Source: a virus
Taxonomy: Duplodnaviria; Caudoviricetes
Strand: one strand, 5' to 3'
Virus record (IMG/VR): IMGVR_UViG_3300005332_000003
Span: 1-35,998 of that record
DNA: 35,998 nt
Part shown: piece after piece, positions 8,059 to 16,631 of the stretch
Numbering within the stretch: the stretch's first letter is position 1
How the letters are laid out: each line of letters begins with the position of its first letter
Program-made: the position numbers and the translations under genes
Notes under the pieces: generated by a model
What the model saw: only the letters and a program-made list of their open reading frames with translations
The model's database searches: none
What the model was told of the DNA's origin: nothing

Positions 8059-8772
8059 ATGGCCGCGATGCTGTTCAGCGACATGACGCTCGCTCACCTG
8101 GAGACCAAAGCGGTCTCCGACGGCGACGAGGTTGCGCACTTCACCGGCGTTGCGTCCACGAGTGACGTGGACCTGGTCGACGACATCATCGAGCCCGGCG
8201 CGTTCGGGAAGATCAATCCGAAAGACGTGGCGTTGCTGCGCGACCACATCGGGTCGCAGTGCATCGGCGGCTGGTCGTCGTTTGAGCAGGACGGCAAGCA
8301 CCTGCGGGTCGAGGGCGACATCTCGCTCGCCATCCCCGTCGGCCGCGAGACCTACACGCTGATGAAGCAGGGGTTCTTGTCGGGCATCAGCGTCGGCTAC
8401 CGCATCAAGAAGGGCGGCATGATCTTCGACGAGGCCAGCGGCATCCGGCGGATCAAGAAGGCCACGCTGGTCGAGGCATCCATCGTTTCCGTGCCGGCGA
8501 ACCGTGGCGCCCGCGTGCGCGCCGTCAAGTCACTGATCGGCTCGGCCGACGAGCTCCACGAGTGGCTCGCCGACGCCGGTTTCGACGAGCAGCAGATCGC
8601 CGTCATCAACCGCAAGGGCTTCGACGCGCTAAGGCGCGAGGAGCGTGGCGGTCTCCGCATCCACGCGGTCGACGGTTTCGGTGAGTTGCCGACCGACGAT
8701 CAGTGCGCCGCCCTGGCCGCGGCTATCCGCGGCTTCTCCCAAGACGTGAGGCAGCACCATGTCGACAGTTGA
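8059..8772 (+). CDS. prohead maturation protease (HK97 family)
   Basis: FTGVAST..VDLVDDIIEPGAF, LLRDH, LSGISVGY, LVEASIVSVPAN. Confidence 0.92.
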   Translation: MAAMLFSDMTLAHLETKAVSDGDEVAHFTGVASTSDVDLVDDIIEPGAFGKINPKDVALLRDHIGSQCIGGWSSFEQDGKHLRVEGDISLAIPVGRETYTLMKQGFLSGISVGYRIKKGGMIFDEASGIRRIKKATLVEASIVSVPANRGARVRAVKSLIGSADELHEWLADAGFDEQQIAVINRKGFDALRREERGGLRIHAVDGFGELPTDDQCAALAAAIRGFSQDVRQHHVDS

Positions 8773-10117
8773 GGACCGTATCGCCGAACTGCTCAAGGAG
8801 GTGCAGACCGCTCGCACCGACATCGCCAAGGGCGACGACGCACGCATGGCGGCGCTCGCCGAGCTTCGCTCCGATGTCGAGAAGGGGTCGAAGTCGGTCA
8901 CGGAAGTCACGGCCAAGATCGACCGCATCAGCGCCGACATTGCCGCCAACGCGACCAAGGTGGCGACGCTGGAGACGGCCATCGACAGCCTGTCCAAGAA
9001 AGTCGGCCGCCCAGGTGGGCAGGAGTTCTCCGACGAAGCCAATCGCAAGGCCGCCGTCGGGCTGCTGGAACTCAAGCACCTACTGCGCGTCCCGAAGCGC
9101 GACGTCGAGCACCCGTTCACGCCGACCGAGGAGCAGATCGCCGAAGCGGTGACCGCGATCAAGGCCGTGCGCGGCCTGCTCAAGACCACCGACATCAGCA
9201 GCCTGCCGGAGGATCAGCGCAAGGCGCTCACGTCGTTCAACCTCGGCTCGTCGGGCTTCATCCTGCCGCCGGAGATGTCAGGGCGCGTGCTGTCGTGCCT
9301 GGAGGACATCACGGACGTCACCGGGCTGATGAACAACATCACGATCAGCGGCCCGAGCATCAAGTTCATGGTCGACGACGCGCGGCTGCTGGAGGCGGCG
9401 TGGGCGTGCCAGACCGATTGCTTCGCCAACAACCCGGCGGCCGATCTGACGAAGGGGCTCGGCGAGCTCGAGCTCAAACCCGAGACGCTCCGCTTCATCG
9501 TGTGCACGTCGCGGGACATCCTCGAGGACGCCTCCGTCGACATCGAGAATTGGATGCTCACCAAGGTCAACTGGGCGTTCCGCAACACGATCAGCACGGC
9601 GATCATCAGCGGCGACGGCCAGGGCAAGCCGCTCGGCATCCTCAACCCGGCGGCCGGCATCCCGATCTGCGACACATCCGACGCCACGCCGGCCGGTCAG
9701 TTCACGTGGCAAGACCTGATCATGCTCAAGTGGCAGGTGCCGATGCAGTTCCACGGCGGCAACGGCAACGGCAACGGCGGTCGATACCTGATGAACCAAA
9801 ACACGTTCGGCCTCACGCTCACCATGAGCGATGCAATGGGTCGGCCGATCATGATCGCAACGCCGACCGACAACGGATCATTCATCGTCAACGGGTCGCC
9901 GGTCCAGATCGTCACGCAGATGCCCGACGTCGCGCCGGGCGCAACGCCGGTCGCCTTCGGCAACTGGAACATCGCGTACATGGTGGTGAACCGGAAGGCC
10001 GTCGCCATGCAGCAGGACCCATACAGCGCCGGGTTCTGCATCCTGTTCAAATTCGAGTCGCGCGTCGGTGGCGGCGTGATCTGTGCCAACGCCGCGCGAC
10101 TGATGCGGATCGGCTGA
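8759..10117 (+). CDS. major capsid protein (HK97 fold) with N-terminal delta domain
   Basis: Coiled-coil N-terminus, GFILPPE, ILEDASVDIE, GDGQGKPLGIL, MPDVAPGATPVAFGNW, DPYS...RVGGGV. Confidence 0.95.
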   Translation: MSTVEDRIAELLKEVQTARTDIAKGDDARMAALAELRSDVEKGSKSVTEVTAKIDRISADIAANATKVATLETAIDSLSKKVGRPGGQEFSDEANRKAAVGLLELKHLLRVPKRDVEHPFTPTEEQIAEAVTAIKAVRGLLKTTDISSLPEDQRKALTSFNLGSSGFILPPEMSGRVLSCLEDITDVTGLMNNITISGPSIKFMVDDARLLEAAWACQTDCFANNPAADLTKGLGELELKPETLRFIVCTSRDILEDASVDIENWMLTKVNWAFRNTISTAIISGDGQGKPLGILNPAAGIPICDTSDATPAGQFTWQDLIMLKWQVPMQFHGGNGNGNGGRYLMNQNTFGLTLTMSDAMGRPIMIATPTDNGSFIVNGSPVQIVTQMPDVAPGATPVAFGNWNIAYMVVNRKAVAMQQDPYSAGFCILFKFESRVGGGVICANAARLMRIG

Positions 10118-10128
10118 CGGAGGAGCAC

Positions 10129-10548
10129 ATGACGTTTTCAGCGGCCGGAACGATTCTCGTCTACGACGCGAAGTCGCCGAACTGGGCCGACATCGGACCC
10201 GGCTACGCCTACGCGGTCGTGCTCGCCAATCAAACGGCGGCCGACATCGCCGACGGCGACTTCACGATCCAGAGCGCAAAGCCGTCGGCGTCGAACCCAT
10301 GCGCGCCCGATGCCGCAACCTGGGCGGACGTGCAGGTGCAGCCGGAATGCGACGCGGCCCCCGGCTCGGTCGCCGGTCCCGCGAAGATCGTGCTCAGCGC
10401 CCAGGCGCCGCTCAAGGCGCACTCGCAATGCCAGTACTCGGTCCCGTGTCTCACCGGGCAGTTCATCCGCGTTGTGCAGAGCGCGACCGGCGGCGTCGGC
10501 GTGGGCGTGTTCGTGGTGGTGACGCGGCTTCGTCGCATCTCCTACTGA
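10129..10548 (+). CDS. putative capsid decoration/cement protein
   Basis: GGAGGAG RBS; directly after MCP; beta-rich, 139 aa, 4 Cys. Confidence 0.65.
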   Translation: MTFSAAGTILVYDAKSPNWADIGPGYAYAVVLANQTAADIADGDFTIQSAKPSASNPCAPDAATWADVQVQPECDAAPGSVAGPAKIVLSAQAPLKAHSQCQYSVPCLTGQFIRVVQSATGGVGVGVFVVVTRLRRISY

Positions 10549-10558
10549 GGAGGCGCGC

Positions 10559-10927
10559 TTGCTGCTCGGCGAGGCGCAGCGGATCACCGGCGACGCCCGC
10601 ATCAGCTTCCGCGGCGCTGGTCCGGCGCGCTTCCGCCTGGAGCACGCGCGCGACTGCAACGGGGAGCCCGACAGCCTGTCGTGGTGTGAGGTCTCGCAGG
10701 CGTCGAACGGCGCCGTGGCGAGGCCGACCGAGGAGGGGCTCGCGCACGGGCGTGTGCTTCTCAACGGCGTCCTGGTCGACGTGATCGACGGCGACACCGA
10801 GGTGCTCTACCGCCGGCACAATGCCGGGTGGCTGCGGGTCGTCGCGCACGACCAGGACGACGAGGAGGAGGTCAAGCGGTGCGGCGCGTACACGCTCACG
10901 CTATCGGCGACGGAGACGGTGGCATGA
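10559..10927 (+). CDS. hypothetical virion-associated protein
   Basis: TTG start after GAGGAGG; ATGA overlap with next gene. Confidence 0.65.
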   Translation: MLLGEAQRITGDARISFRGAGPARFRLEHARDCNGEPDSLSWCEVSQASNGAVARPTEEGLAHGRVLLNGVLVDVIDGDTEVLYRRHNAGWLRVVAHDQDDEEEVKRCGAYTLTLSATETVA

Positions 10928-11169
10928 GCAAGGTCGTGCTGATGAAGCAGGATGCCGTCTACTCGTCCGACAACGGCATCACGCTGACGTCGTATGCGGC
11001 CGACGAGTTCTACGAGGTGCCCGACCACGTCGCCGCCGGCTTGTTTCGCCGTGGTGCCGCGGTGCCGGCCAAGTTCCAGGTCGGCGAACCGACCGTCAAG
11101 GAATCGCCGCCGGCCGAGCAACCGACCGAGGCGCTGCCCAAGATCAAACTCAAAGGAGGCTCTCGATGA
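10924..11169 (+). CDS. hypothetical protein
   Basis: MSKVVLMKQDAVYSSDNG...; ATGA overlaps at both ends. Confidence 0.65.
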   Translation: MSKVVLMKQDAVYSSDNGITLTSYAADEFYEVPDHVAAGLFRRGAAVPAKFQVGEPTVKESPPAEQPTEALPKIKLKGGSR

Positions 11170-11339
11170 CCCACGCAAATTGCCCCACGACGTGCCCGGC
11201 ACCGCCGGCACCCTGCACGCTCGGCTGGTTCGCCTCGCCGTGCATGTGTACGACGACCGGAGCGGTCACCACGCAGGCGCAAGCGGCCGAAGCCGCGCCG
11301 CAGCAGACGACACACTCGCGCCGCCGCACGGCGGAGTGA
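11166..11339 (+). CDS. Cys/Pro-rich small protein (57 aa)
   Basis: AGGAGG RBS; MTHANCPTTCPAPPAPCTLGWFASPCMC... Confidence 0.65.
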   Translation: MTHANCPTTCPAPPAPCTLGWFASPCMCTTTGAVTTQAQAAEAAPQQTTHSRRRTAE

Positions 11340-11343
11340 ACCC

Positions 11344-11550
11344 GTGACGACCCCGGTGATCACAACGCGCGGCGCGCAATCAAGCGGCGGCACTCCGCGG
11401 TGCCGCAGCAGCTTGTTCGACGCGCGCCCCCGCGTCGCCGGGGTCGTCGCCCGCGCGAGCCCCGGCTCTGTTGCGATTGCCGGCGGCCCGCGCGTGGCGA
11501 AAATCGTGGCGCACAAGAGGGTCGGGCGCATCGTCGCCTGCCCGTGGTGA
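11344..11550 (+). CDS. hypothetical protein
   Basis: GTG start after GGAG; fills the gap in the operon. Confidence 0.55.
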   Translation: MTTPVITTRGAQSSGGTPRCRSSLFDARPRVAGVVARASPGSVAIAGGPRVAKIVAHKRVGRIVACPW

Positions 11551-11558
11551 GGTAAGCC

Positions 11559-11966
11559 GTGGCGATCTGCCAGCCGATCAACCCGTGCCCGTGCCACCCG
11601 TGGTCCATCGCACCGGGTGACACGCAGCCGCTTTACATCGACTGGGGTGGCTGGCTCGCGAGCGTGCCCGGCTACACGCTCAACGCCATCGAGTCGGCCG
11701 AGCTCACCGACCTGAACGTGAACCCACCGGCGCCGGCGAACCCCGACGAGATTGCACTGGTCTCGGGGATGGACATCGACCCGACCACATCGAACCCCGG
11801 CTTCACCAACATCGTCGGCACCGCGACCGAGAACATCGTCCAGGTGGCCGCCGACGTGCCGGTCGGCAAGGCGTATCGTCTCGACATCGGCGTCATTGCG
11901 CGCGACTGCAACGGACGCAAGATCGTTGCCCACGACTGCGTGTTCATCACCACGTCGCTGATCTGA
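11559..11966 (+). CDS. putative fibre-adaptor-like virion protein
   Basis: PGDTQPLYIDWGGWL...GKAYRLDIGV...NGRK pattern of small phage Ig-like adaptor proteins; GAGG RBS. Confidence 0.6.
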   Translation: MAICQPINPCPCHPWSIAPGDTQPLYIDWGGWLASVPGYTLNAIESAELTDLNVNPPAPANPDEIALVSGMDIDPTTSNPGFTNIVGTATENIVQVAADVPVGKAYRLDIGVIARDCNGRKIVAHDCVFITTSLI

Positions 11967-11968
11967 GC

Positions 11969-12535
11969 ATGGCCGACGACCTCGACCCCGCCGATCCCAT
12001 CGTCGCCGCCTACGAGATCGCCAAGCTGCAGGCGGCGACCGACGGCGCGTTCGACGAGCGCCTCACGCGGCATTGGTTTGAAGCGTCGTGGGACCTGTGC
12101 GCCGCGATGGTCGGGCTCGTGTTCCCGCCGCTGCCGATCGACGAGGTGGTCACGGTGGCGCCCGACGGGTCCATCCTGCTGTCGCATCAGCCGATGGGCG
12201 ACGTGCGCTTCTACAGCGGGCCGAACCTCGTCGCCGTGCTGCCGCCGAACTCGCCGTGCTTCTGGCCGCGGCCGGGATCGCTGTTCGATGATGAAACCGG
12301 GTGCGGGCTCAACTGTCCCGACCTGTGCTGCTACTGCAACGTCCGCGCCATCTACACGGGCGGCGGGGACATCGCCGTGGACTGCGACGAGATTCCGCCG
12401 TGGTTCGTCCAGGCTGTCGCACGGCTGTTTACATACGTGTGCGAGAACCGCGGCGATACTGAAATGGACGAGCACGTGCTGGCCAAGTCGGGCGCCAAGG
12501 CGTTCCTCGCCCCGCACCTTGCCTACGCGGTGTGA
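11969..12535 (+). CDS. head-tail connector (HK97 gp6-like)
   Basis: C-terminal YTGG...IPPWFVQAVARLFTYVCENRGD; position in the head module. Confidence 0.75.
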   Translation: MADDLDPADPIVAAYEIAKLQAATDGAFDERLTRHWFEASWDLCAAMVGLVFPPLPIDEVVTVAPDGSILLSHQPMGDVRFYSGPNLVAVLPPNSPCFWPRPGSLFDDETGCGLNCPDLCCYCNVRAIYTGGGDIAVDCDEIPPWFVQAVARLFTYVCENRGDTEMDEHVLAKSGAKAFLAPHLAYAV

Positions 12536-12537
12536 CA

Positions 12538-13104
12538 ATGACCGACCTTCGTGTTGAGCAATGGCCAATCGAGCGGCTGATGCCCTACGCCGCCAATGCG
12601 CGCACGCACTCCGAACATCAGGTCGGGCAGATCGCCGGGTCAATCCGCGAGTTCGGTTTCAACGTCCCGTGCCTCGTCGACGACAAGGACGAACTGATCA
12701 CCGGCCACGGTCGGCTGCTCGCGGCGAAGCGGCTCGGGCTCGCCGAGGTTCCAGTGATCCGCCTGGGGCATTTGACGCCCGACCAGGTGCGCGCCTTCCG
12801 CCTCGCCGACAACCGCATTGCGCTCAATTCCGACTGGGACCTCGACCTGCTCGTGCGCGAGCTCGACGAGATCGCCAAGAACACCGACCTCGCGCTGCTC
12901 GGCTTCGACAACGACGACTTGGCGCTGCACTTGAAGAACGGGTGGGACAGCGATCTGGCGCACGTGGCGGCGTTCGGCGAGACGCTCGACGGCGTGGAGG
13001 GGCGCATCGTGGTGCGGTGCCGGCAAGCGGATAAGGCGGCGGTGCGTGCGTGCGTGACCAAGGCGGTAGAGGCGGCCGGCATCGAGGGAGTCAGCGTTGA
13101 ATGA
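12538..13104 (+). CDS. ParB/Srx-like N-terminal domain protein
   Basis: PIERLMPYAANARTHS..QVGQIAGSIREFGF..P, GHGRLLAA, AFRLADNR; no HTH and no methylase domain. Confidence 0.9.
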   Translation: MTDLRVEQWPIERLMPYAANARTHSEHQVGQIAGSIREFGFNVPCLVDDKDELITGHGRLLAAKRLGLAEVPVIRLGHLTPDQVRAFRLADNRIALNSDWDLDLLVRELDEIAKNTDLALLGFDNDDLALHLKNGWDSDLAHVAAFGETLDGVEGRIVVRCRQADKAAVRACVTKAVEAAGIEGVSVE

Positions 13105-13945
13105 CGCCGATCCGTTCCTCAACCTGCTGATCTCGTTCCCGTACTGGGACAACGACAACGAGCGCCTGCTGCGCGCCAACGCTGCCTGCGTTCGCCTCGT
13201 CGTGGACTCGGGCGCGTTCACCGGGTGGAAGGGCGGCGACCCGGTGAAGCTCGATGACTACTGCCATTTTCTGAGCAACCTGCCGATTAAACCGTGGCGC
13301 TACTTCGTGCTCGATGTGGTCCACAATCCCGAGGCGACGTATGAGAACTATCGCATCATGCTCGACCGCGGCCTGAAGCCGGTGCCGATCTTTACGCGCG
13401 GCGAGTCGCCCGACCGCCTCGACCAGTACTACGCAACGTCGGATGTGGTCGGGGTCGGCGGCTTGGTGGGCACGCCGAAGAAGCTGGCGTTCATCAACGG
13501 CATCATGAAGCTCATCGCGGGGCGCCGCGTGCATTGGCTCGGCGTGACGACGCCATCGTTCCTGCACCACTATCGCCCGTACATGTGTGACTCGCAGAGT
13601 TGGGAGAGCATCGGGCGATACGCCATCGGCAAGGTGTATGTCGGGCGCGGTCAGTTTCGCACCGTCAGTCGCGACGACTTCCGCCAGCCGCCTGACGGCC
13701 AACTGATCGCCGCACTGCGGAGCTACGGGCTGCCCGCAGCTGCGCTGGCGAAAGAGGAGGGCTGGCGTGGCGGCAGGAGCGTCGCGCGGCGCCTGCACGC
13801 GCGCTCGTGGGTGCGCTATTCCCTGGACCTGCAGCGCCAGTGTGGCACTCTGCTGTTCATGGCGTTCACAACGGCAATGGCGGCTGGTCATCTTGTAGCG
13901 GGGTTCAACGATGAAAGGACTGGCAATCCTCTCCGGTGGCGCTGA
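13097..13945 (+). CDS. dpdA: DpdA-like DNA-guanine transglycosylase (TGT fold)
   Basis: TGT-like motifs VVDSGAF, LDVV, VGVGGLV, VHWLG, CDSQSW; overlaps queC. Confidence 0.7.
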   Translation: MNDADPFLNLLISFPYWDNDNERLLRANAACVRLVVDSGAFTGWKGGDPVKLDDYCHFLSNLPIKPWRYFVLDVVHNPEATYENYRIMLDRGLKPVPIFTRGESPDRLDQYYATSDVVGVGGLVGTPKKLAFINGIMKLIAGRRVHWLGVTTPSFLHHYRPYMCDSQSWESIGRYAIGKVYVGRGQFRTVSRDDFRQPPDGQLIAALRSYGLPAAALAKEEGWRGGRSVARRLHARSWVRYSLDLQRQCGTLLFMAFTTAMAAGHLVAGFNDERTGNPLRWR

Positions 13946-14582
13946 CAGCACCACCCTCGTCTGTCTGTTGAAGCGCGAAGGCCACGACCTCTCCGTCGTG
14001 TCGTTCGACTACGGCCAACGCCATCGCCGCGAGCTCGACAGCGCGCGCGCGGTCGCTCTCCACCTCGGCCTGCCGCACGACATCATCGACCTGTCGGCCG
14101 CCGGCAAGCACCTCACCGGATCGGCGCTGACCGATTCCGTGGCTGTGCCGCACGGCCACTATCACGAGGAAACGATGCGGCGCACCGTGGTGCCGAACCG
14201 CAACGCGATCATGCTGTCGGTCGCCTGGGGGATCGCCACGGCGCGCGGCTGTGACTTCGTTGCCTACGGGGCGCACACCGGCGACCACTACATTTACCCG
14301 GACTGCCGGCAGGAGTTTTGCTTGGCGCTCGCGCACGCGCTCAGGCTCGGCAACATCACCGCCGAGCGTCCCCAGGGCATGGAGTTGTGGACGCCGCTGA
14401 TCGGCATGAGCAAGGGCGAGGTCATCGCCCTGGGCGTCAGGATCGGGGCGCCCTACGAGCTCACCTGGACCTGCTACGAAGGCGGCGTGCTGCCGTGCGG
14501 CAAGTGCGGCGCCTGTACCGAACGCGCCGAGGCGTTCGCCGAAGCCGGCATTGCCGACCCGGCGCTGGCGGTGGCGGCATGA
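13911..14582 (+). CDS. queC: 7-cyano-7-deazaguanine synthase
   Basis: SGGADS, FDYGQRH, VVPNRN, YPDCR, TWTCY..PCGKCGAC; no glutaminase domain. Confidence 0.96.
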   Translation: MKGLAILSGGADSTTLVCLLKREGHDLSVVSFDYGQRHRRELDSARAVALHLGLPHDIIDLSAAGKHLTGSALTDSVAVPHGHYHEETMRRTVVPNRNAIMLSVAWGIATARGCDFVAYGAHTGDHYIYPDCRQEFCLALAHALRLGNITAERPQGMELWTPLIGMSKGEVIALGVRIGAPYELTWTCYEGGVLPCGKCGACTERAEAFAEAGIADPALAVAA

Positions 14583-15226
14583 ACCTGCACGTGGTGCATC
14601 GTCTGGCGCTGGCGAACGAGAACATCGCCGACGCGCTCACCCCGGCTGACCTGGATGCGATGCAGGTGGCGGCCGAGGCGCACCTGCAGGGCTTGTTCAC
14701 GGCGCTCCGCATCGACACCGCGCATGACCACAACATGCGGGACAGCGCCAAGCGTATCGCCCGGATGCTCGTGCGCGAGACCTTCGCCGGCCGCTACCTG
14801 CCACGCCCGGCGATCACCGCGTTCCCCAACGTGCGCGACCTCGACGAGCTCTACACGGTCGGTCCGATCACGGTGCGATCGACCTGTTCCCACCACCTTG
14901 CGCCGGTGGTCGGCCACGCCTGGGTCGGCGTGATCCCCGGCGAACTGATCATCGGCCTGTCGAAGTTCAGCCGCGTGGTCGAGTGGATCATGCGGCGCCC
15001 GCAGATACAGGAGGAGGCCACGGCGCAGATCGCCGACGAGCTTGAGCGCCTGATCGAACCGCGTGGGCTCGCCGTGGTGGTGAAAGCGCGGCACCTGTGC
15101 ATGACGTGGCGCGGCGTGTGCGAGCACGACGCCGACATGGTGACCTCGGTCATGCGCGGCCTGTTCCGCGCCAACTCCGACGCGCGCCACGAGCTCCTCG
15201 CGTTCATCGCCAAGAACGGGGCGTAA
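14579..15226 (+). CDS. folE: GTP cyclohydrolase I
   Basis: STCSHHLAP, IGLSKF, RPQIQE, HLCMTWRGV. Confidence 0.96.
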   Translation: MNLHVVHRLALANENIADALTPADLDAMQVAAEAHLQGLFTALRIDTAHDHNMRDSAKRIARMLVRETFAGRYLPRPAITAFPNVRDLDELYTVGPITVRSTCSHHLAPVVGHAWVGVIPGELIIGLSKFSRVVEWIMRRPQIQEEATAQIADELERLIEPRGLAVVVKARHLCMTWRGVCEHDADMVTSVMRGLFRANSDARHELLAFIAKNGA

Positions 15227-15227
15227 G

Positions 15228-15650
15228 ATGCTCGTCGTTCACCGCTATCACGACATCTCGTGCGGGCACCGGGTCGCCGGCCACGAAGGCCACTGCGCGC
15301 ACCTGCACGGTCATAACTACCGCATCCACTTCGTCTGCACCGCACCGCGGCAAGACGCGCTCGGGCGGATCATCGACTTCTCCGTCATCAAGGCGCGGCT
15401 GTGCCAGTGGCTGGAGGAGACCTGGGACCATCGTTTCATCGTGTGGGAGGAGGACCCGTTGCGCGACGGGCTGATCGCCCTGGACCCGAGCGTGGTGACG
15501 GTGCCGTTCAACCCGACGGCGGAAGCGATGGCCGCCTACTTGGTCGACGTGATCGGGCCGCAACAGTTGGCCGACCTGCCGGTGCGGTTGATCGAGTGCC
15601 GGGTCGAGGAGACCGCCAAATGCGGCGCGACCTACAACTGCTCCCCGTGA
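15228..15650 (+). CDS. queD: 6-carboxy-5,6,7,8-tetrahydropterin synthase
   Basis: GHRV..HEGHCAHLHGHNY, IDF, WDH, NPTAE, EET. Confidence 0.95.
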   Translation: MLVVHRYHDISCGHRVAGHEGHCAHLHGHNYRIHFVCTAPRQDALGRIIDFSVIKARLCQWLEETWDHRFIVWEEDPLRDGLIALDPSVVTVPFNPTAEAMAAYLVDVIGPQQLADLPVRLIECRVEETAKCGATYNCSP

Positions 15651-16303
15651 ACGAACTGTTCCCGACCATCCAGGGCGAGGGCACGTGGACCGGCACACCG
15701 GCGACGTTCGTCCGGCTCCAGGGTTGCCCGGTCGGGTGCCCGTGGTGTGACACGAAGTACACGTGGCCGATCGAGGGTGCCGACGAGCGTCCGCTGAGCT
15801 CCATCTTGGCGAAGGACGCTGCCACCTCGTCCACCTTCGCCAGCATCTCCGTTCCGGTGCTCGTCGCCGCCGTGAAGCAGAACCCCGAACGCCACGTTGT
15901 GCTCACCGGCGGCGAACCGTGCTTGTACGACCTCGGGTCCCTGTCGGCGGCGCTCCTCGAGGAAGGGTTCTCGGTCCAGGTGGAGACCAGCGGCACGCAC
16001 CCGGTGCGGATCGACTCGCGCGCCTGGGTGACGGTGTCGCCCAAGATCGACATGCCGGGCGGGTTCCCGGTGCTGCCGGCAGCGTTGCGGCGCGCCGACG
16101 AGATCAAGCACCCGGTCGGCACCCGGCGGGACGTTCAACGCCTGCTCGACCTGCTCGCCGATGCCGAGCTCGACCCGGTGCCGCCGATCTACCTGCAGCC
16201 GCTGAGCGGCTCGCCCAAGGCGACCGCCCTGTGCATCGAGGCGGCCCGGCACAAAGGGTGGCGGGTCTCCATCCAGGTGCACCGTTTCATCGGGGTGCGG
16301 TGA
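15620..16303 (+). CDS. queE: 7-carboxy-7-deazaguanine synthase (radical SAM)
   Basis: ELFPTIQGEG, FVRLQGCPVGCPWCDTK (CxxxCxxC), TGGEP, ETSG, VSPK; ATG 15620 after GAGGA. Confidence 0.95.
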   Translation: MRRDLQLLPVNELFPTIQGEGTWTGTPATFVRLQGCPVGCPWCDTKYTWPIEGADERPLSSILAKDAATSSTFASISVPVLVAAVKQNPERHVVLTGGEPCLYDLGSLSAALLEEGFSVQVETSGTHPVRIDSRAWVTVSPKIDMPGGFPVLPAALRRADEIKHPVGTRRDVQRLLDLLADAELDPVPPIYLQPLSGSPKATALCIEAARHKGWRVSIQVHRFIGVR

Positions 16304-16310
16304 TACCGCT

Positions 16311-16560
16311 CCGGGGATCGCCCCCAGGACGCGCACAGAGCGCCCGTGGTGAGCGATCCCGGCCGGGGGACCTGGGCAGGGGCGGGGCGCTGGAATCGCA
16401 CCCTGGAGCGCCCCTGCTCGCCCCTGGGGGCGCCTGGGGGAACCGTCCCCCGCCCCTGGGCGCCCTGGGGCGGCCCGTGGTGAGCGATCCCGGCGGGGGC
16501 TCCTCGGTGGGGGCCGGGCGGCCTGGGCGCATCCACGGCGCTCCCTGTGCGCCCTGGGGG
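16311..16560. repeat. GC-rich non-coding repeat region
   Basis: 22-bp direct repeat GCCCGTGGTGAGCGATCCCGGC at 16342-16363 and 16473-16494; partial inverted copy GGGATCGC at 16314-16321; about 9 CCWGG and many G runs. Confidence 0.8.
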
Positions 16561-16631
16561 CACCCTAAAAGGGAGGCCACCCCCACCGGGAACGGTGCGG
16601 TCGGCTACGGGCGGTGCTAGGCTGCGCCACC

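Noticed and set aside
9758-9775. (GGCAAC)3 repeat in the capsid gene as a phase-variation tract
   Set aside because: In-frame hexamer encoding a short GNGNGN loop; too short to support contingency behaviour.
3582-10117. Gene transfer agent or tailocin
   Set aside because: Both head and contractile tail, MuF, a DNA-modification cassette and many accessory genes indicate a genuine phage.
13097-16303. Host-type queuosine tRNA modification operon
   Set aside because: No queF, queA or queG in the window; the TGT-like protein is short, divergent and ParB-linked in a phage context, which favours DNA modification.
16342-16494. Possible mini-CRISPR array from the 22-bp direct repeat
   Set aside because: Only two copies 109 bp apart with low-complexity sequence between them, and no cas genes in the window.
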